A stretch of DNA of 64,000 bases from an uncultured Coriobacteriales bacterium (GCA_902464015.1 CABQHM010000001.1:91244-155243); one strand, 5' to 3'; counted from the first letter of the stretch, positions 7,623 to 17,263 are shown. Numbers and translations: made by a program. The notes: a model not told the origin generated them from the letters alone.

Positions 7623-8846
7623 ATGATCAGGCAGATGGCGTTGCAGACGTACGGCCTCAATGTGGGATACGGGCGACGCTGCGTGGTGGGAGGCGTCACG
7701 CTCGACCTTGTGCCCGGCGAAGTGCTCTGCCTCGTGGGGCCCAACGGCTCGGGCAAGTCGACCCTGCTCAAGACAATCGCCGGCCAGATTGCGCCCCTAG
7801 GCGGCACCGTGCTGCTCGATGGGCGCGACGCGAGCTCCTTCAAGGCAGACGAGCTGGCCCGCAGCCTCTCGGTGATGCTCACGGGGCGCATGGCCTGCGA
7901 GATGCTGAGCTGCCTAGACGTGGTGGAGACGGGCCGCATCCCCTACACGAACGCCCTGGGCACACTGCGCGAGGCCGACCGCGAAGCGGTGAAGGGTGCC
8001 ATGCAGGCCGTGGGCGCCTGGGAGCTGCGCGAGCGCGACTTCATGCAGATAAGCGACGGCCAACGCCAGCGCGTGCTGCTGGCCCGCGCCATCGCCCAGG
8101 ACGCACCCGTGATGGCGCTCGACGAACCCACCTCCTACCTCGACATTCGCCATCAGCTGGAGCTGCTTGCCTGTGTGCGCGACCTTGCGCGCACGCGCGG
8201 GTGGACCTGCCTGCTGTCGCTGCACGAGCTCGCCTTGGCCCAGAAGGTTGCCGACCGGGTGGCCTGCGTGTGCGAGGGCGGCATATATGCGCAAGGTGCC
8301 CCCGAGGACGTGCTTGACGCGCCCACGGTGGCCCATGTGTTCGACTTGGGGCGCGCGGCTTGGAGCGCGGCGCTGGGATGCGTGGAGGATGCGCCGCTCG
8401 AAAGCGCGGCCCGCGTGTTTGTGCTTGGAGGCGCGGGCACAGCGGCAGCCTCGATGCGTGCGCTGCGCCGCGAGGGCGTGGGCTTCTGCGCAGGCGTGCT
8501 GCCTGAAAACGACGTGGATTGTGTGCTTGCACATAGGCTCACGGCCCACGTGGTGAGCACGTCGGCCTTTACTCTGCCCGGCAAGGAGACGATGGCGCTG
8601 GCCCGTGAGATGCTTGCGGGTTGCGAGGCACTTGTGGACTGCCTGAGCTCGATGGATGCGGGGCCTCTGGAGGCCTGCCGACGCGATATGCTCGCGTGCG
8701 CACAAGCGGCAGGGCTTCCCGTCCATGGGAGCGCAGTACAGTATTTGGAAGCGTTGCGCAATCAAAAAGCACACGAAGATGCAGGCAGAGAGGTATGTAT
8801 TTGCTGCGATGCCACGGCGGCGCGAGCAGAGGCGGTGAGGCCATGA
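7623..8846 (+). CDS. ABC transporter ATP-binding protein (BtuD/FecE-like) with a ~145-aa C-terminal extra domain
   Basis: Walker A GPNGSGKST, signature ISDGQRQR, Walker B VMALDEPT, H-loop LSLHE. Residues ~262-407 (VFVLGGAGTAAASMRALRREGVGF..) lie beyond a normal ATPase. The stop overlaps the cbiD start (ATGA at 8843). Confidence 0.85.
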   Translation: MIRQMALQTYGLNVGYGRRCVVGGVTLDLVPGEVLCLVGPNGSGKSTLLKTIAGQIAPLGGTVLLDGRDASSFKADELARSLSVMLTGRMACEMLSCLDVVETGRIPYTNALGTLREADREAVKGAMQAVGAWELRERDFMQISDGQRQRVLLARAIAQDAPVMALDEPTSYLDIRHQLELLACVRDLARTRGWTCLLSLHELALAQKVADRVACVCEGGIYAQGAPEDVLDAPTVAHVFDLGRAAWSAALGCVEDAPLESAARVFVLGGAGTAAASMRALRREGVGFCAGVLPENDVDCVLAHRLTAHVVSTSAFTLPGKETMALAREMLAGCEALVDCLSSMDAGPLEACRRDMLACAQAAGLPVHGSAVQYLEALRNQKAHEDAGREVCICCDATAARAEAVRP

Positions 8847-10057
8847 CGCTCGAGCACTATGTCGAGGTCGGCAAGAAGCGCCTGCGCTGCGGCTACACCA
8901 CGGGCACCTGCGCGGCCGCGGCGGCCCAGGCCTGCGGGCAGGCGCTTCTTGCGGGGAGCTTTCCCCACTCCCTGCGCATCGACACCCCGGCGGGCGTTGC
9001 TGTGGTAGTGGAACCCGAAGAGATGCATCGGGGCACCGATGCACAGGGCACCCCCTGGTCAAGCTGCGGGGTGCGCAAGGACGCAGGCGACGACGCGGAT
9101 GCCACCGACGACGCGCTGGTCGTGGTACGCGTGAGCCTCACGGACACTCCGGGCACAACAATTGAGGGTGGTGCCGGCGTGGGGCGCGTGACGCGCGCCG
9201 GGCTCGACCAGCCCGTGGGAGCCGCGGCCATCAACTCGGTACCCCGCGCCATGATTGCCTCCGAGCTCGAGCGGATTGCCCGCGAGCATGGCTGGCATGG
9301 CGGCTTTGCGGTGGAGGTGTCGGTGCCCGGCGGAGAAGAAATCGCACGCAAGACCTTCAACCCGCGCCTGGGCATTGAAGGGGGCATTTCGATTCTGGGA
9401 ACGTCGGGCATCGTGCGGCCCATGAGCGAGGAGGCCCTCGTCGAGTCCATCCGCCTGGAGATGCGCATGAGACGTGCGCAGGGACTGCGCGACCTTGTGC
9501 TCGTGCCGGGAAACTACGGCCAGGACTGGGCGCAAGACAGGGAAGGCGTCGACCCCACACATATCGTGAGCTGCTCGAACTTCCTGGGCGAGGCGCTTGA
9601 TTACGCTGGTGTGCTCGGCTTTGAGACGCTTGTGCTCGTGGGGCATATGGGCAAGCTCGCCAAGGTCGCAACGGGCGCCATGAACACCCACTCGCGCGTG
9701 GCCGACGGGCGCGCCGAGGCGTTCGCGGCACATGCAGCCCTGGCAGGTGCAGGGCGCGACGACATCGCCCGCCTTATGGAGTGCGCCACGACCGACGAGG
9801 CGCTTGAGGTGCTCGCGGGGCACGGCCCAGGCGAGACGGCCGTCTCAGATGAGCGAGAGTGCCTGCTCGCCACAACGCTGCGCGGCCTCACGCAGGCAAT
9901 TGCGTGGCACGTAAGCCGGCGAGGAGACCCCGTACGCTGCGAGGTCGTGGTGTTCTCGAAGGCATGGGGCGAGTTGGGACGATCGGGTGGGGCGCAGGAA
10001 CTCTTGGACAGGCACCGCGTGCGCGGCACGGCGGCAAGGAAGGAAGGCCGGATATGA
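8843..10057 (+). CDS. cbiD: Cobalt-precorrin-5B (C1)-methyltransferase CbiD
   Basis: LRCGYTTGTCAAAAA, GVGRVTRAGL, GISILGTSGIVRPMS and LVPGNYG are CbiD hallmarks. The internal ATG at 8843 was chosen. Confidence 0.9.
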   Translation: MTLEHYVEVGKKRLRCGYTTGTCAAAAAQACGQALLAGSFPHSLRIDTPAGVAVVVEPEEMHRGTDAQGTPWSSCGVRKDAGDDADATDDALVVVRVSLTDTPGTTIEGGAGVGRVTRAGLDQPVGAAAINSVPRAMIASELERIAREHGWHGGFAVEVSVPGGEEIARKTFNPRLGIEGGISILGTSGIVRPMSEEALVESIRLEMRMRRAQGLRDLVLVPGNYGQDWAQDREGVDPTHIVSCSNFLGEALDYAGVLGFETLVLVGHMGKLAKVATGAMNTHSRVADGRAEAFAAHAALAGAGRDDIARLMECATTDEALEVLAGHGPGETAVSDERECLLATTLRGLTQAIAWHVSRRGDPVRCEVVVFSKAWGELGRSGGAQELLDRHRVRGTAARKEGRI

Positions 10058-10935
10058 TCGACTTTGTGGGAGCGGGCCCGGGCGCCGTCGACCTCATAAC
10101 CGTGCGCGGCATGCATGCCCTGCAGCAGGCAGACGTCGTGGTGTACGCAGGCTCACTGGTAGATCCCGAGATGCTGTCGTATTGCCGTCCCGAGGTGAAA
10201 GTGCACGACTCGGCACATATGACGCTTGAGGAAGTCGTCGACGTGCTCGTGGCAAGCGACCGCGCAGGCAAGCACACCGTGCGCCTGCACACGGGAGACC
10301 CGGCCATGTACGGGGCCATCCGCGAGCAGATGGACCTGCTCGACGAGGCAGGCGTGACCTATCGGGTGATACCCGGCGTGTCGAGCGTGTTTGCCGCGGC
10401 AGCGGCCCTCAACTGCGAGTTCACCCTGCCCAGCGTGTCCCAGTCGCTCGTGCTCACACGCGTGGAGGGGCGCACGCCGGTGCCGAGCGGCGAGGAGCTG
10501 CGCACGTTTGCCGCCCATGGCTGCACCATCGCGCTCTTTCTCTCCTGCGGTCTGCTCGAACGCGCCCGTGAGGAGCTGCTTACAGGAGACCTGTCGCCCC
10601 AGACCCCGGCGGCCCTTGTGTATCGTGCAAGCTGGCCCGATGAGAAAATCGTGCGCTGCGATGTAGGGAGCCTGCCCGAAGCGGCCCGCGAGGCAGGACT
10701 CAGCAGGCAGGCAATCGTGCTCGTGGGAGACGCCCTAGCCGGCAGCCTTAAAGCCGCCCACGCCGAGCGGTCGCTGCTCTACGACCCGAGCTTCACGCAC
10801 GGCTACCGCGTGGGAACGGGTGGAGACGAAACGCTGGCAGGCAGCGCGGATGCGGGCCCGGCGGCGCAGGATGACACGCAAGGTATGCAGGGCACGCAGG
10901 ACCTACGCGACCCGCACGACGAGGCGCACGCATGA
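10054..10935 (+). CDS. cbiF: Cobalt-precorrin-4 C11-methyltransferase CbiF
   Basis: IDFVGAGPGAVDLITVRG, VVVYAGSLV, RLHTGDPAMYGAIREQ, IPGVSSVFAAAAAL and LTRVEGRTPVP. ATGA overlap with cbiD. Has a ~45-aa low-complexity C-terminal tail. Confidence 0.9.
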   Translation: MIDFVGAGPGAVDLITVRGMHALQQADVVVYAGSLVDPEMLSYCRPEVKVHDSAHMTLEEVVDVLVASDRAGKHTVRLHTGDPAMYGAIREQMDLLDEAGVTYRVIPGVSSVFAAAAALNCEFTLPSVSQSLVLTRVEGRTPVPSGEELRTFAAHGCTIALFLSCGLLERAREELLTGDLSPQTPAALVYRASWPDEKIVRCDVGSLPEAAREAGLSRQAIVLVGDALAGSLKAAHAERSLLYDPSFTHGYRVGTGGDETLAGSADAGPAAQDDTQGMQGTQDLRDPHDEAHA

Positions 10936-12089
10936 GCCAGATTGCCATCGCGGGGTTCACGACAAGCGGCTGCGTTCTGGCCCAAAAGATAGTCAGCGAA
11001 CTGGAAGGCGCCCGTGCCTGGGCACCGCACCGCATCTCCGAAGAAGTGGGCCTACCCGGCTTCGACAGTGTCGGGGCATGGGCAGGCGAGGCTTTTGCGC
11101 ACGGCTGCGACGGCATCGTCTTCGTGGGAGCGTGCGGCATCGCCGTGCGCGCCATAGCCCCGTATGTGACCAGCAAGATGCACGACCCCGCTGTCGTGTG
11201 CGTGGACGAGGCCGGCACTTGGGCAATATCCCTGCTCAGCGGCCATGTGGGCGGCGCAAACGACCTTGCGCGCCACATCGCGCGCATCGTGGGGGCCACG
11301 CCTGTCGTCACCACGGCCACCGACGTGCGCGGCGCCTTCGCCATCGACGAGTGGGCGGCACGGCAAGGCCTCGTCATCGCAAATCCCCAGCTCATCAAGC
11401 ATGTTTCAGGCGCACTGCTCGAGGGTGGGCACGTTGGGGTGCGCGTGGGACGGCAGGTGTCCCTGACAGGCGAGCTTCCCGCGGGGTTCGTGCGCGAGGA
11501 GTGCGCAGGCGACACGAGCAGCGCAAGCGACACGAACGACACTGGCGACATCCGCAAGCCCTGCCCCGCAGGAGCCGCCCCCGACTCAGCGGATGCATCT
11601 CACGTTCTTCACGCGCACGTCCACATCGGGCCCGAGCTGCCCTGTGAAAACGACCCCGACACGCTGCATCTCATCACGCGCAACGCAGTGGTGGGCGTCG
11701 GGTGCAGGCGCGGTTGCGAGCCGGCAATCCTGCAAGACTGCGTCGAGGCAGCGCTGGTCGGCCTTGGTTTGGCGCCGGAATCAGTGCGCGCTCTGGCCAC
11801 CATCGACCTCAAGGCCGCAGAGCCCGCCGTGGTCGAGCTTGCCGCAAAGCACGGCTGGCTCCTGCGCACCTTTAGCGCCCAGGCACTCGCCGCGCAAAGC
11901 GGTGACTTCGCATCGTCGGAGTTCGTGCGGGCCCACGTGGGCGTGGACAACGTGTGCGAGCGGGCCCTTGCCTGCTGCGGGGCCACGCGCATCCTCAGCA
12001 AGCAGGCCCATCAGGGAACGACCGTGGCCGTGGGCCTTGTGCCCAAGGCGCTCAGCTTTGATATGAAGGAAGGAAGCGACCATGCCTAA
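10932..12089 (+). CDS. cbiG: Cobalt-precorrin-5A hydrolase CbiG
   Basis: GIVFVGACGIAVRAIAPYV, PAVVCVDEAG, SLLSGHVGGANDLA and the C-terminal CbiG domain (VVGVGCRRG...LATIDLKA.EPA). ATGA overlap with cbiF. Confidence 0.85.
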   Translation: MSQIAIAGFTTSGCVLAQKIVSELEGARAWAPHRISEEVGLPGFDSVGAWAGEAFAHGCDGIVFVGACGIAVRAIAPYVTSKMHDPAVVCVDEAGTWAISLLSGHVGGANDLARHIARIVGATPVVTTATDVRGAFAIDEWAARQGLVIANPQLIKHVSGALLEGGHVGVRVGRQVSLTGELPAGFVREECAGDTSSASDTNDTGDIRKPCPAGAAPDSADASHVLHAHVHIGPELPCENDPDTLHLITRNAVVGVGCRRGCEPAILQDCVEAALVGLGLAPESVRALATIDLKAAEPAVVELAAKHGWLLRTFSAQALAAQSGDFASSEFVRAHVGVDNVCERALACCGATRILSKQAHQGTTVAVGLVPKALSFDMKEGSDHA

Positions 12090-12825
12090 GCTCTACGTTG
12101 TGGGCCTGGGACCCGGAGCGGGAGCCGACCTCACCCAGCGTGCCCGCGCGGCGCTCGAAGAAAGCCAGGTCATAGCCGGATACACGACCTACGTCAACCT
12201 TGTGCGCGATGCCTTTCCCGAAAAAGAGCTGCTCGTAAGCGGCATGCGCGGCGAGGTTCAGCGCTGTCGGGCGGCCCTGGAGCATGCGGCAGGAGGGGCG
12301 ACGGTGGCTCTCGTGTGCTCGGGCGATCCGGGCGTCTACGGCATGGCGGGCCTCGTGCTCGAACTCGCCCAGGACATGGGCCTGGCAGACGCAGTCGAGG
12401 TTGAGGTCGTGGCCGGTGTCACCGCCGCCACGGGAGGAGCGGCGCTTTTGGGCGCGCCCCTCATGCACGACTTCTGCCTCGTGTCGCTTTCCGACCTGCT
12501 CACACCCTGGGATGCCATCGAGGCGAGGCTGCGTGCGGCAGCGCGTGCCGGCTTTGTCATCTGCCTCTACAACCCCTGCTCCCACGGCAGGCCCGACCAC
12601 CTGGCACACGCGACGCAGATCCTGCTTGAGGAGCTGCCGGCGAGCTGCGTGTGTGGCATCGCACATAACGTGGGCAGACCCGGCGAAAGCGCGCGCGTGC
12701 TCACCTTGGGCGAACTCGCGGATGCCCCGGCCGACATGACGAGCGTTGTCTACGTGGGCAACGCCACAACGCGCGAAATCGCCGGCCGCATGGTGACGCC
12801 GCGCGGCTACCAGGTGAGGCAGTAG
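12082..12825 (+). CDS. cbiH: Cobalt-precorrin-3B C17-methyltransferase CbiH
   Basis: LYVVGLGPGAGADLT, VIAGYTTYV, VCSGDPGVYGMAG and LSDLLTPW. 8-nt overlap with cbiG. Confidence 0.9.
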   Translation: MPKLYVVGLGPGAGADLTQRARAALEESQVIAGYTTYVNLVRDAFPEKELLVSGMRGEVQRCRAALEHAAGGATVALVCSGDPGVYGMAGLVLELAQDMGLADAVEVEVVAGVTAATGGAALLGAPLMHDFCLVSLSDLLTPWDAIEARLRAAARAGFVICLYNPCSHGRPDHLAHATQILLEELPASCVCGIAHNVGRPGESARVLTLGELADAPADMTSVVYVGNATTREIAGRMVTPRGYQVRQ

Positions 12826-13599
12826 ATGGCAGGCGGCTCTCAGGCATGCCGCGTCCTCGTGTTCGCCGGAACCACAGAGGGCCGCGAGCTGGCATCATGG
12901 CTGAGCACGCAAGACGGCGTGGAAACGTGCGTGTCGTGCGCGACCGACTTCGGGGCGCACCTTCTAGGGGCGCTCCCCCACACTCGCGTCTTGGCACAGC
13001 GTCTGGACGAGGTGGGCATGGAACACCTCATGGCACAGGGCGCGTTTGATGTGGTGGTTGACTGCACGCACCCCTACGCAAGCGTTGTCACCGCGAATGC
13101 CCGCGCGGCAGCCCTGGCGCAGGGATGCGAGTACCTGCGCGTTGTGCGCGAGGGGGAGCCCGTTGGCGATTGGATTCGGGCGGAGTCGCCGGCGCATGCC
13201 GCCGAACTGCTGGCCGGCCTTCCCGGAGACATCCTGCTCACCACGGGCACGAAGGACATCGCCGCCTACTGCTCGCAACCCGGCCTTCGTGAGCGCATCT
13301 GGGTACGCTGCCTTCCCAACGAGGCATCGGTTCAGGCGGCGCGGCAAGCGGGCATCCCGCCCGAGCGCATCGTGGGTGCCATGGGACCGTTCTCCCTGGA
13401 AGACAACGTGGCGCTCATCAGACACAGCGGCGCGCGCATCCTCGTGACAAAGGCCTCGGGCACGACGGGCGGTTTTTGGGAGAAAGTGCAGGCAGCACGA
13501 AAGACGAGGTGCACGCTTGTCGTCATTGGGCGGCCGACGAAAGAAGAGGGCCTCACGCTTGAGGAGGCCAAGGCACAGCTGGCAAGGAGGTTTGGATGA
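12826..13599 (+). CDS. cbiJ: Cobalt-precorrin-6A reductase CbiJ
   Basis: VLVFAGTTEGRELA, VVDCTHPYA, LLTTGTKD and LVTKASGTTGG. Position in the cbi string supports the call. Confidence 0.85.
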   Translation: MAGGSQACRVLVFAGTTEGRELASWLSTQDGVETCVSCATDFGAHLLGALPHTRVLAQRLDEVGMEHLMAQGAFDVVVDCTHPYASVVTANARAAALAQGCEYLRVVREGEPVGDWIRAESPAHAAELLAGLPGDILLTTGTKDIAAYCSQPGLRERIWVRCLPNEASVQAARQAGIPPERIVGAMGPFSLEDNVALIRHSGARILVTKASGTTGGFWEKVQAARKTRCTLVVIGRPTKEEGLTLEEAKAQLARRFG

Positions 13600-14837
13600 G
13601 GGTCGACATCGTAGGCGCAGGACCCGCAGGTCGGGAAGGCATGACCCTTGGCGGCATGCAAGCACTCGAAGAGGCGCAGCTCGTCATCGGAGCCGCCCGC
13701 GTCTTGCAAGAGCTCGCCCTGGAGACAGATGCCCGCCAAGTGGCCCTGGTGAGTCCCTCGGACATCGCCGAGGTGCTGGCCGGCCAAGCCCAAGCAGGCA
13801 TCGAGCGCGCGGCCGTGGCAGTCTCGGGCGACGTGGGGCTCTACAGCCTCGCCGCCCCCCTGCGTGCCACTCTGGCAAGCATGCCGAACATCGAGCTCCA
13901 CGAGCACCCGGGCGTCTCCTCCCTGCAATGCCTGTGCGCGAGGCTCCATATGCCCTGGCAGGATGCCCATGTGCTCTCGGCTCACGGGCGGGCGTGCGAT
14001 GTGGCCGGAGCCGCCCAATGCCACCGGCTCACCTTCGCGCTCACGGGCGGGGCGATTCGCGCCCACAACGTGTGCGCCGACCTCACAAGCCGCGGCATGG
14101 GCGACCTCACCGTGCACGTGGGCGAAAACCTCTGCAGCCCCCGCGAGCGCGTGCTGAGCGGCACGGCCACCGAACTCGCCCGCGAGACGTTTGAAGACCT
14201 TGCCTGTATGCTCGTTGAGAATCCCTCGCCTGTCGAGCGCGCCTGGCAGGCACCAGGCCTGCGCGACACCGACCTCACGCGCGGCGACGCTCCCATGACA
14301 AAGGAAGAGGTGCGCCAGGCCATCGTGTGCAAGCTGCGCCTCGTGGCCGACGCCTGCGTGTGGGACATCGGCGCAGGTACGGGCTCGGTGAGCGTGGAAT
14401 GCGGCCTGGCGGCATGCGCCGGGCGCGTGTACGCCGTGGAGGAAGTACCCGAGCGCGTCGACCTCATCGCCGAGAACGCCCGCAAGCTCGGGGCGCTCAA
14501 CGTCTTCACCGTCGAGGGGAAGGCGCCCGCAGCGCTTGACGGCCTGCCCGCCCCCACGCACGCCTTCATCGGGGGCTCGGCAGGCTCGTTTGCCCAGATC
14601 GCAGACGCGGTGCTCGCCGCCAACCCTGAGGCGCGCATGGTGGCAAGCGCCGTCACCATCGAGACGCTCTACCAGGCGCTTCAGGCATTTCAGGCACACG
14701 ACATGGCCAACGTCGAGGTCGCGCAGCTCGGTGTGGCGAAGGCGCGCGATCTCGGCGGATTGCACCTCATGGCCGCCCAGAACCCCGTGTGGATCGTAAG
14801 CGGCCAAGGCGTGCGAAACGAGGGTGCCTCATGCTGA
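13596..14837 (+). CDS. cbiET: Fused cobalt-precorrin-7 C5-methyltransferase / cobalt-precorrin-6B C15-methyltransferase (decarboxylating) CbiE-CbiT
   Basis: N-terminal tetrapyrrole-methylase fold (VDIVGAGPAG..SGDVGLYS). C-terminal SAM-MTase (MTKEEVRQAIVCKLRL..VWDIGAGTGSVSVE). ATGA overlap with cbiJ. Confidence 0.85.
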   Translation: MRVDIVGAGPAGREGMTLGGMQALEEAQLVIGAARVLQELALETDARQVALVSPSDIAEVLAGQAQAGIERAAVAVSGDVGLYSLAAPLRATLASMPNIELHEHPGVSSLQCLCARLHMPWQDAHVLSAHGRACDVAGAAQCHRLTFALTGGAIRAHNVCADLTSRGMGDLTVHVGENLCSPRERVLSGTATELARETFEDLACMLVENPSPVERAWQAPGLRDTDLTRGDAPMTKEEVRQAIVCKLRLVADACVWDIGAGTGSVSVECGLAACAGRVYAVEEVPERVDLIAENARKLGALNVFTVEGKAPAALDGLPAPTHAFIGGSAGSFAQIADAVLAANPEARMVASAVTIETLYQALQAFQAHDMANVEVAQLGVAKARDLGGLHLMAAQNPVWIVSGQGVRNEGASC

Positions 14838-16237
14838 CACCGCTGCCGCGCATCCTCATCACGGCGCCCAAAAGCGGCGCGGGCAAGACGACACTCACCT
14901 GCGCGCTCATGGGGGCCCTGCGCGAGCGTGGCCTGCGCATGCTGGCATGCAAGTGCGGCCCCGACTACGTGGACCCCACCTTCCATGAACGGCTGGGCGC
15001 CGTGCGCCGCCTCAACCTCGACGCGTTCTTTCAGTCCGAGACCCTCATGCGCGACCTTCTCGCCCACGCCGGGCGCGATTGTGACATCGTCTGCATCGAG
15101 GGCGCCATGGGATATTACGACGGCGTGGGGACAACAACCAAGGCCAGTGCCTGGGACGTTGCCTGCATCACCGACACGCCCGCCTTGCTTGTACTCGACG
15201 CACGCGGGGCATGTGCCTCGCTTGCCGCACAGGTGCTCGGCTTTGTCGCCATGCGCACGCCCAGTCATGTGGCGGGCGTCGTGCTCGACCACGCGAGCGC
15301 CGCACTTGCCGACAAGGTGGCGCCCGTCATTGAGCGGGAGTGCGGCGTGCCCGTGCTGGGCTATCTTCCCCACGACGAGGCGATTGCGCTTCCCAGCAGG
15401 CATCTCGGCCTCGTTTTGGCCCAGGACCTGCCTGACCTCGACGAGAAGCTCGCCCGCCTGGCCTCGCTGGCGCAGGATTGCCTCGACGTCGACGCGATCC
15501 TCGCGCTTGCCCAGGCGGCCCCGCAGCTCAGCTCCAGCGGCGCATGGCCCCTTCCGCCCTGCCTGGATGCACACGAATCCGCCCCCGTTATCGCCGTTGC
15601 CCGCGACGAGGCATTTTGCTTCTACTACGCCGAGGAGCTCGAGCTTTTGGAGGACCTGGGGGCCAAGCTTGCCTTCTTTTCTCCCCTACACGACGAGAAC
15701 CTGCCCGAGGGAGCAAGCGGGCTCTTTTTGGGCGGAGGCTACCCCGAGCTGCACGTGCGCGAGCTTTCCTCCAATACCGCCATGCGCGAGGCCGTGCGCG
15801 CGGCACTGGCACAGGGCATGCCTGCGATTGCAGAGTGCGGAGGGTTCCTCTACCTGCTCGAACGCCTGACCGACGACGATGGCACAGCCTGGCCGCTCGT
15901 GGGCGCATGCCCAGGCGGGGCCGAGCGCAAGAAGCATGGGCGTTTTGGCTACACCGAGCTTGAGACACAGGGCGCAGGGCTTCTTGGACCCACCGGCACC
16001 GCACTGCGCGGGCACGAGTTCCATCGCTGGGAGGCCGATTACACCGACGCTGACGTGCTCGTTCGCAAACCCGAAAGCGAGCGCTTTTGGCATGCAGGGC
16101 ACCACACCCCCAGCCTCTATGCGGGATTTCCCCATCTCTACCTGCCTGGATCTGTCGACGTTGCACGCAGGTTTGTGCATGCGTGTGCCGCATGGGGCGC
16201 GCAGAGAAAGGACGCGACGTGTACCTGCACCTTGTAA
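14831..16237 (+). CDS. cbiA: Cobyrinate a,c-diamide synthase CbiA
   Basis: RILITAPKSGAGKTTLT, CKCGPDYVDP, IEGAMGYYDG and GATase CGGFLYL..GHEFH. The internal ATG at 14831 overlaps the cbiET stop. Confidence 0.9.
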   Translation: MLTPLPRILITAPKSGAGKTTLTCALMGALRERGLRMLACKCGPDYVDPTFHERLGAVRRLNLDAFFQSETLMRDLLAHAGRDCDIVCIEGAMGYYDGVGTTTKASAWDVACITDTPALLVLDARGACASLAAQVLGFVAMRTPSHVAGVVLDHASAALADKVAPVIERECGVPVLGYLPHDEAIALPSRHLGLVLAQDLPDLDEKLARLASLAQDCLDVDAILALAQAAPQLSSSGAWPLPPCLDAHESAPVIAVARDEAFCFYYAEELELLEDLGAKLAFFSPLHDENLPEGASGLFLGGGYPELHVRELSSNTAMREAVRAALAQGMPAIAECGGFLYLLERLTDDDGTAWPLVGACPGGAERKKHGRFGYTELETQGAGLLGPTGTALRGHEFHRWEADYTDADVLVRKPESERFWHAGHHTPSLYAGFPHLYLPGSVDVARRFVHACAAWGAQRKDATCTCTL

Positions 16238-17205
16238 GCCTGGCCGCAGGCTATGTAGCCGACCTCGCTCTGGGCGACCCACACGGCTGGCCCCACCCCG
16301 TGCGCTGGATGGGCTCCCTCATCGCTCGGCTCGAGCCTGCCCTGCGCCGTACCTTCCCCGACACACCGCGCGGCAAGCGGGCTGCGGGCGCAGCGCTTGT
16401 GTGCCTGGTCACGGGCATCAGCGGTGGTGCGTGCGCGGCCGCGCTCGCCCTGGCGGGAGCCGTCAGTCCCTATCTATCCTGCGCGGTAGGGGCGCTTGTA
16501 AGTTACTGGATGCTTGCGACCAAATCGCTCAAGGACGAGAGCATGGCCGTGCTCGACGCCCTGGAACACGCGGGCCTGCCCGAGGCGCGCATGCGCGTCT
16601 CCATGATCGTAGGCCGCGACACGGCAGCGCTCACCGAAGAGGGCGTCACGAAGGCCGCGGTGGAGACGGTAGCCGAAAACGCCTCGGACGGCGTCATCGC
16701 TCCCCTTTTCTACCTGGCGCTGTTGGGACCAGTGGGCGGGGTCGTCTACAAGGCGATCAACACCATGGACTCGATGGTGGGTTACAAAAACGACCGCTAC
16801 CTCGACTTCGGCCGCGCAGCCGCCAAGCTCGACGACGCGGTGAACTTTATCCCCGCTCGCCTGGCCGGCGCTCTCATGTGCCTGGCCGCCCCCCTTGCAG
16901 GCTTTGACGGCAAGCGCGCCTGGCGCACCTTTCGGCGCGACCGGCTCGCCCACACCTCGCCCAACTCCGCCCACACCGAGGCGGCCTGCGCGGGAGCCCT
17001 GGGCATACAGCTGGCCGGACCCAACTACTATGGCGGCGTGCTGGTGGAGAAACCCACGCTGGGCGAGGCATGCCGTGCGGTGGAACCCGCCGACATCCGC
17101 CGAGCAAACAGGCTGCTCTATGCCACAAGCCTGCTGGCACTGCCCGTATGCGCAGGACTCGGGACTCTTGTGTGGACGCTTGTGAGAGCGGCGGCGGGAC
17201 TATGA
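16192..17205 (+). CDS. cbiB: Adenosylcobinamide-phosphate synthase CbiB
   Basis: DLALGDPHGWPHPVRWMG, VGRDT..L, ENASDGVIAPLFY and SPNSAHTEAA. The start is uncertain: ATG 16192 or GTG 16219, and both overlap the cbiA 3' end. Confidence 0.85.
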   Translation: MGRAEKGRDVYLHLVSLAAGYVADLALGDPHGWPHPVRWMGSLIARLEPALRRTFPDTPRGKRAAGAALVCLVTGISGGACAAALALAGAVSPYLSCAVGALVSYWMLATKSLKDESMAVLDALEHAGLPEARMRVSMIVGRDTAALTEEGVTKAAVETVAENASDGVIAPLFYLALLGPVGGVVYKAINTMDSMVGYKNDRYLDFGRAAAKLDDAVNFIPARLAGALMCLAAPLAGFDGKRAWRTFRRDRLAHTSPNSAHTEAACAGALGIQLAGPNYYGGVLVEKPTLGEACRAVEPADIRRANRLLYATSLLALPVCAGLGTLVWTLVRAAAGL

Positions 17206-17263
17206 GAAGACATGTTTGGATGAAGCCGCGCACACGTGCGGCACAGCGAACGGGAGGAGCGGC

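Noticed and set aside
7217-8317. A 366-aa plus-strand ORF overlapping the permease/ATPase junction in another frame.
   Set aside because: The translation is extremely Arg/Gly/Pro-rich, whereas the two annotated frames carry FecCD and Walker motifs. This is a frame artefact of high GC.
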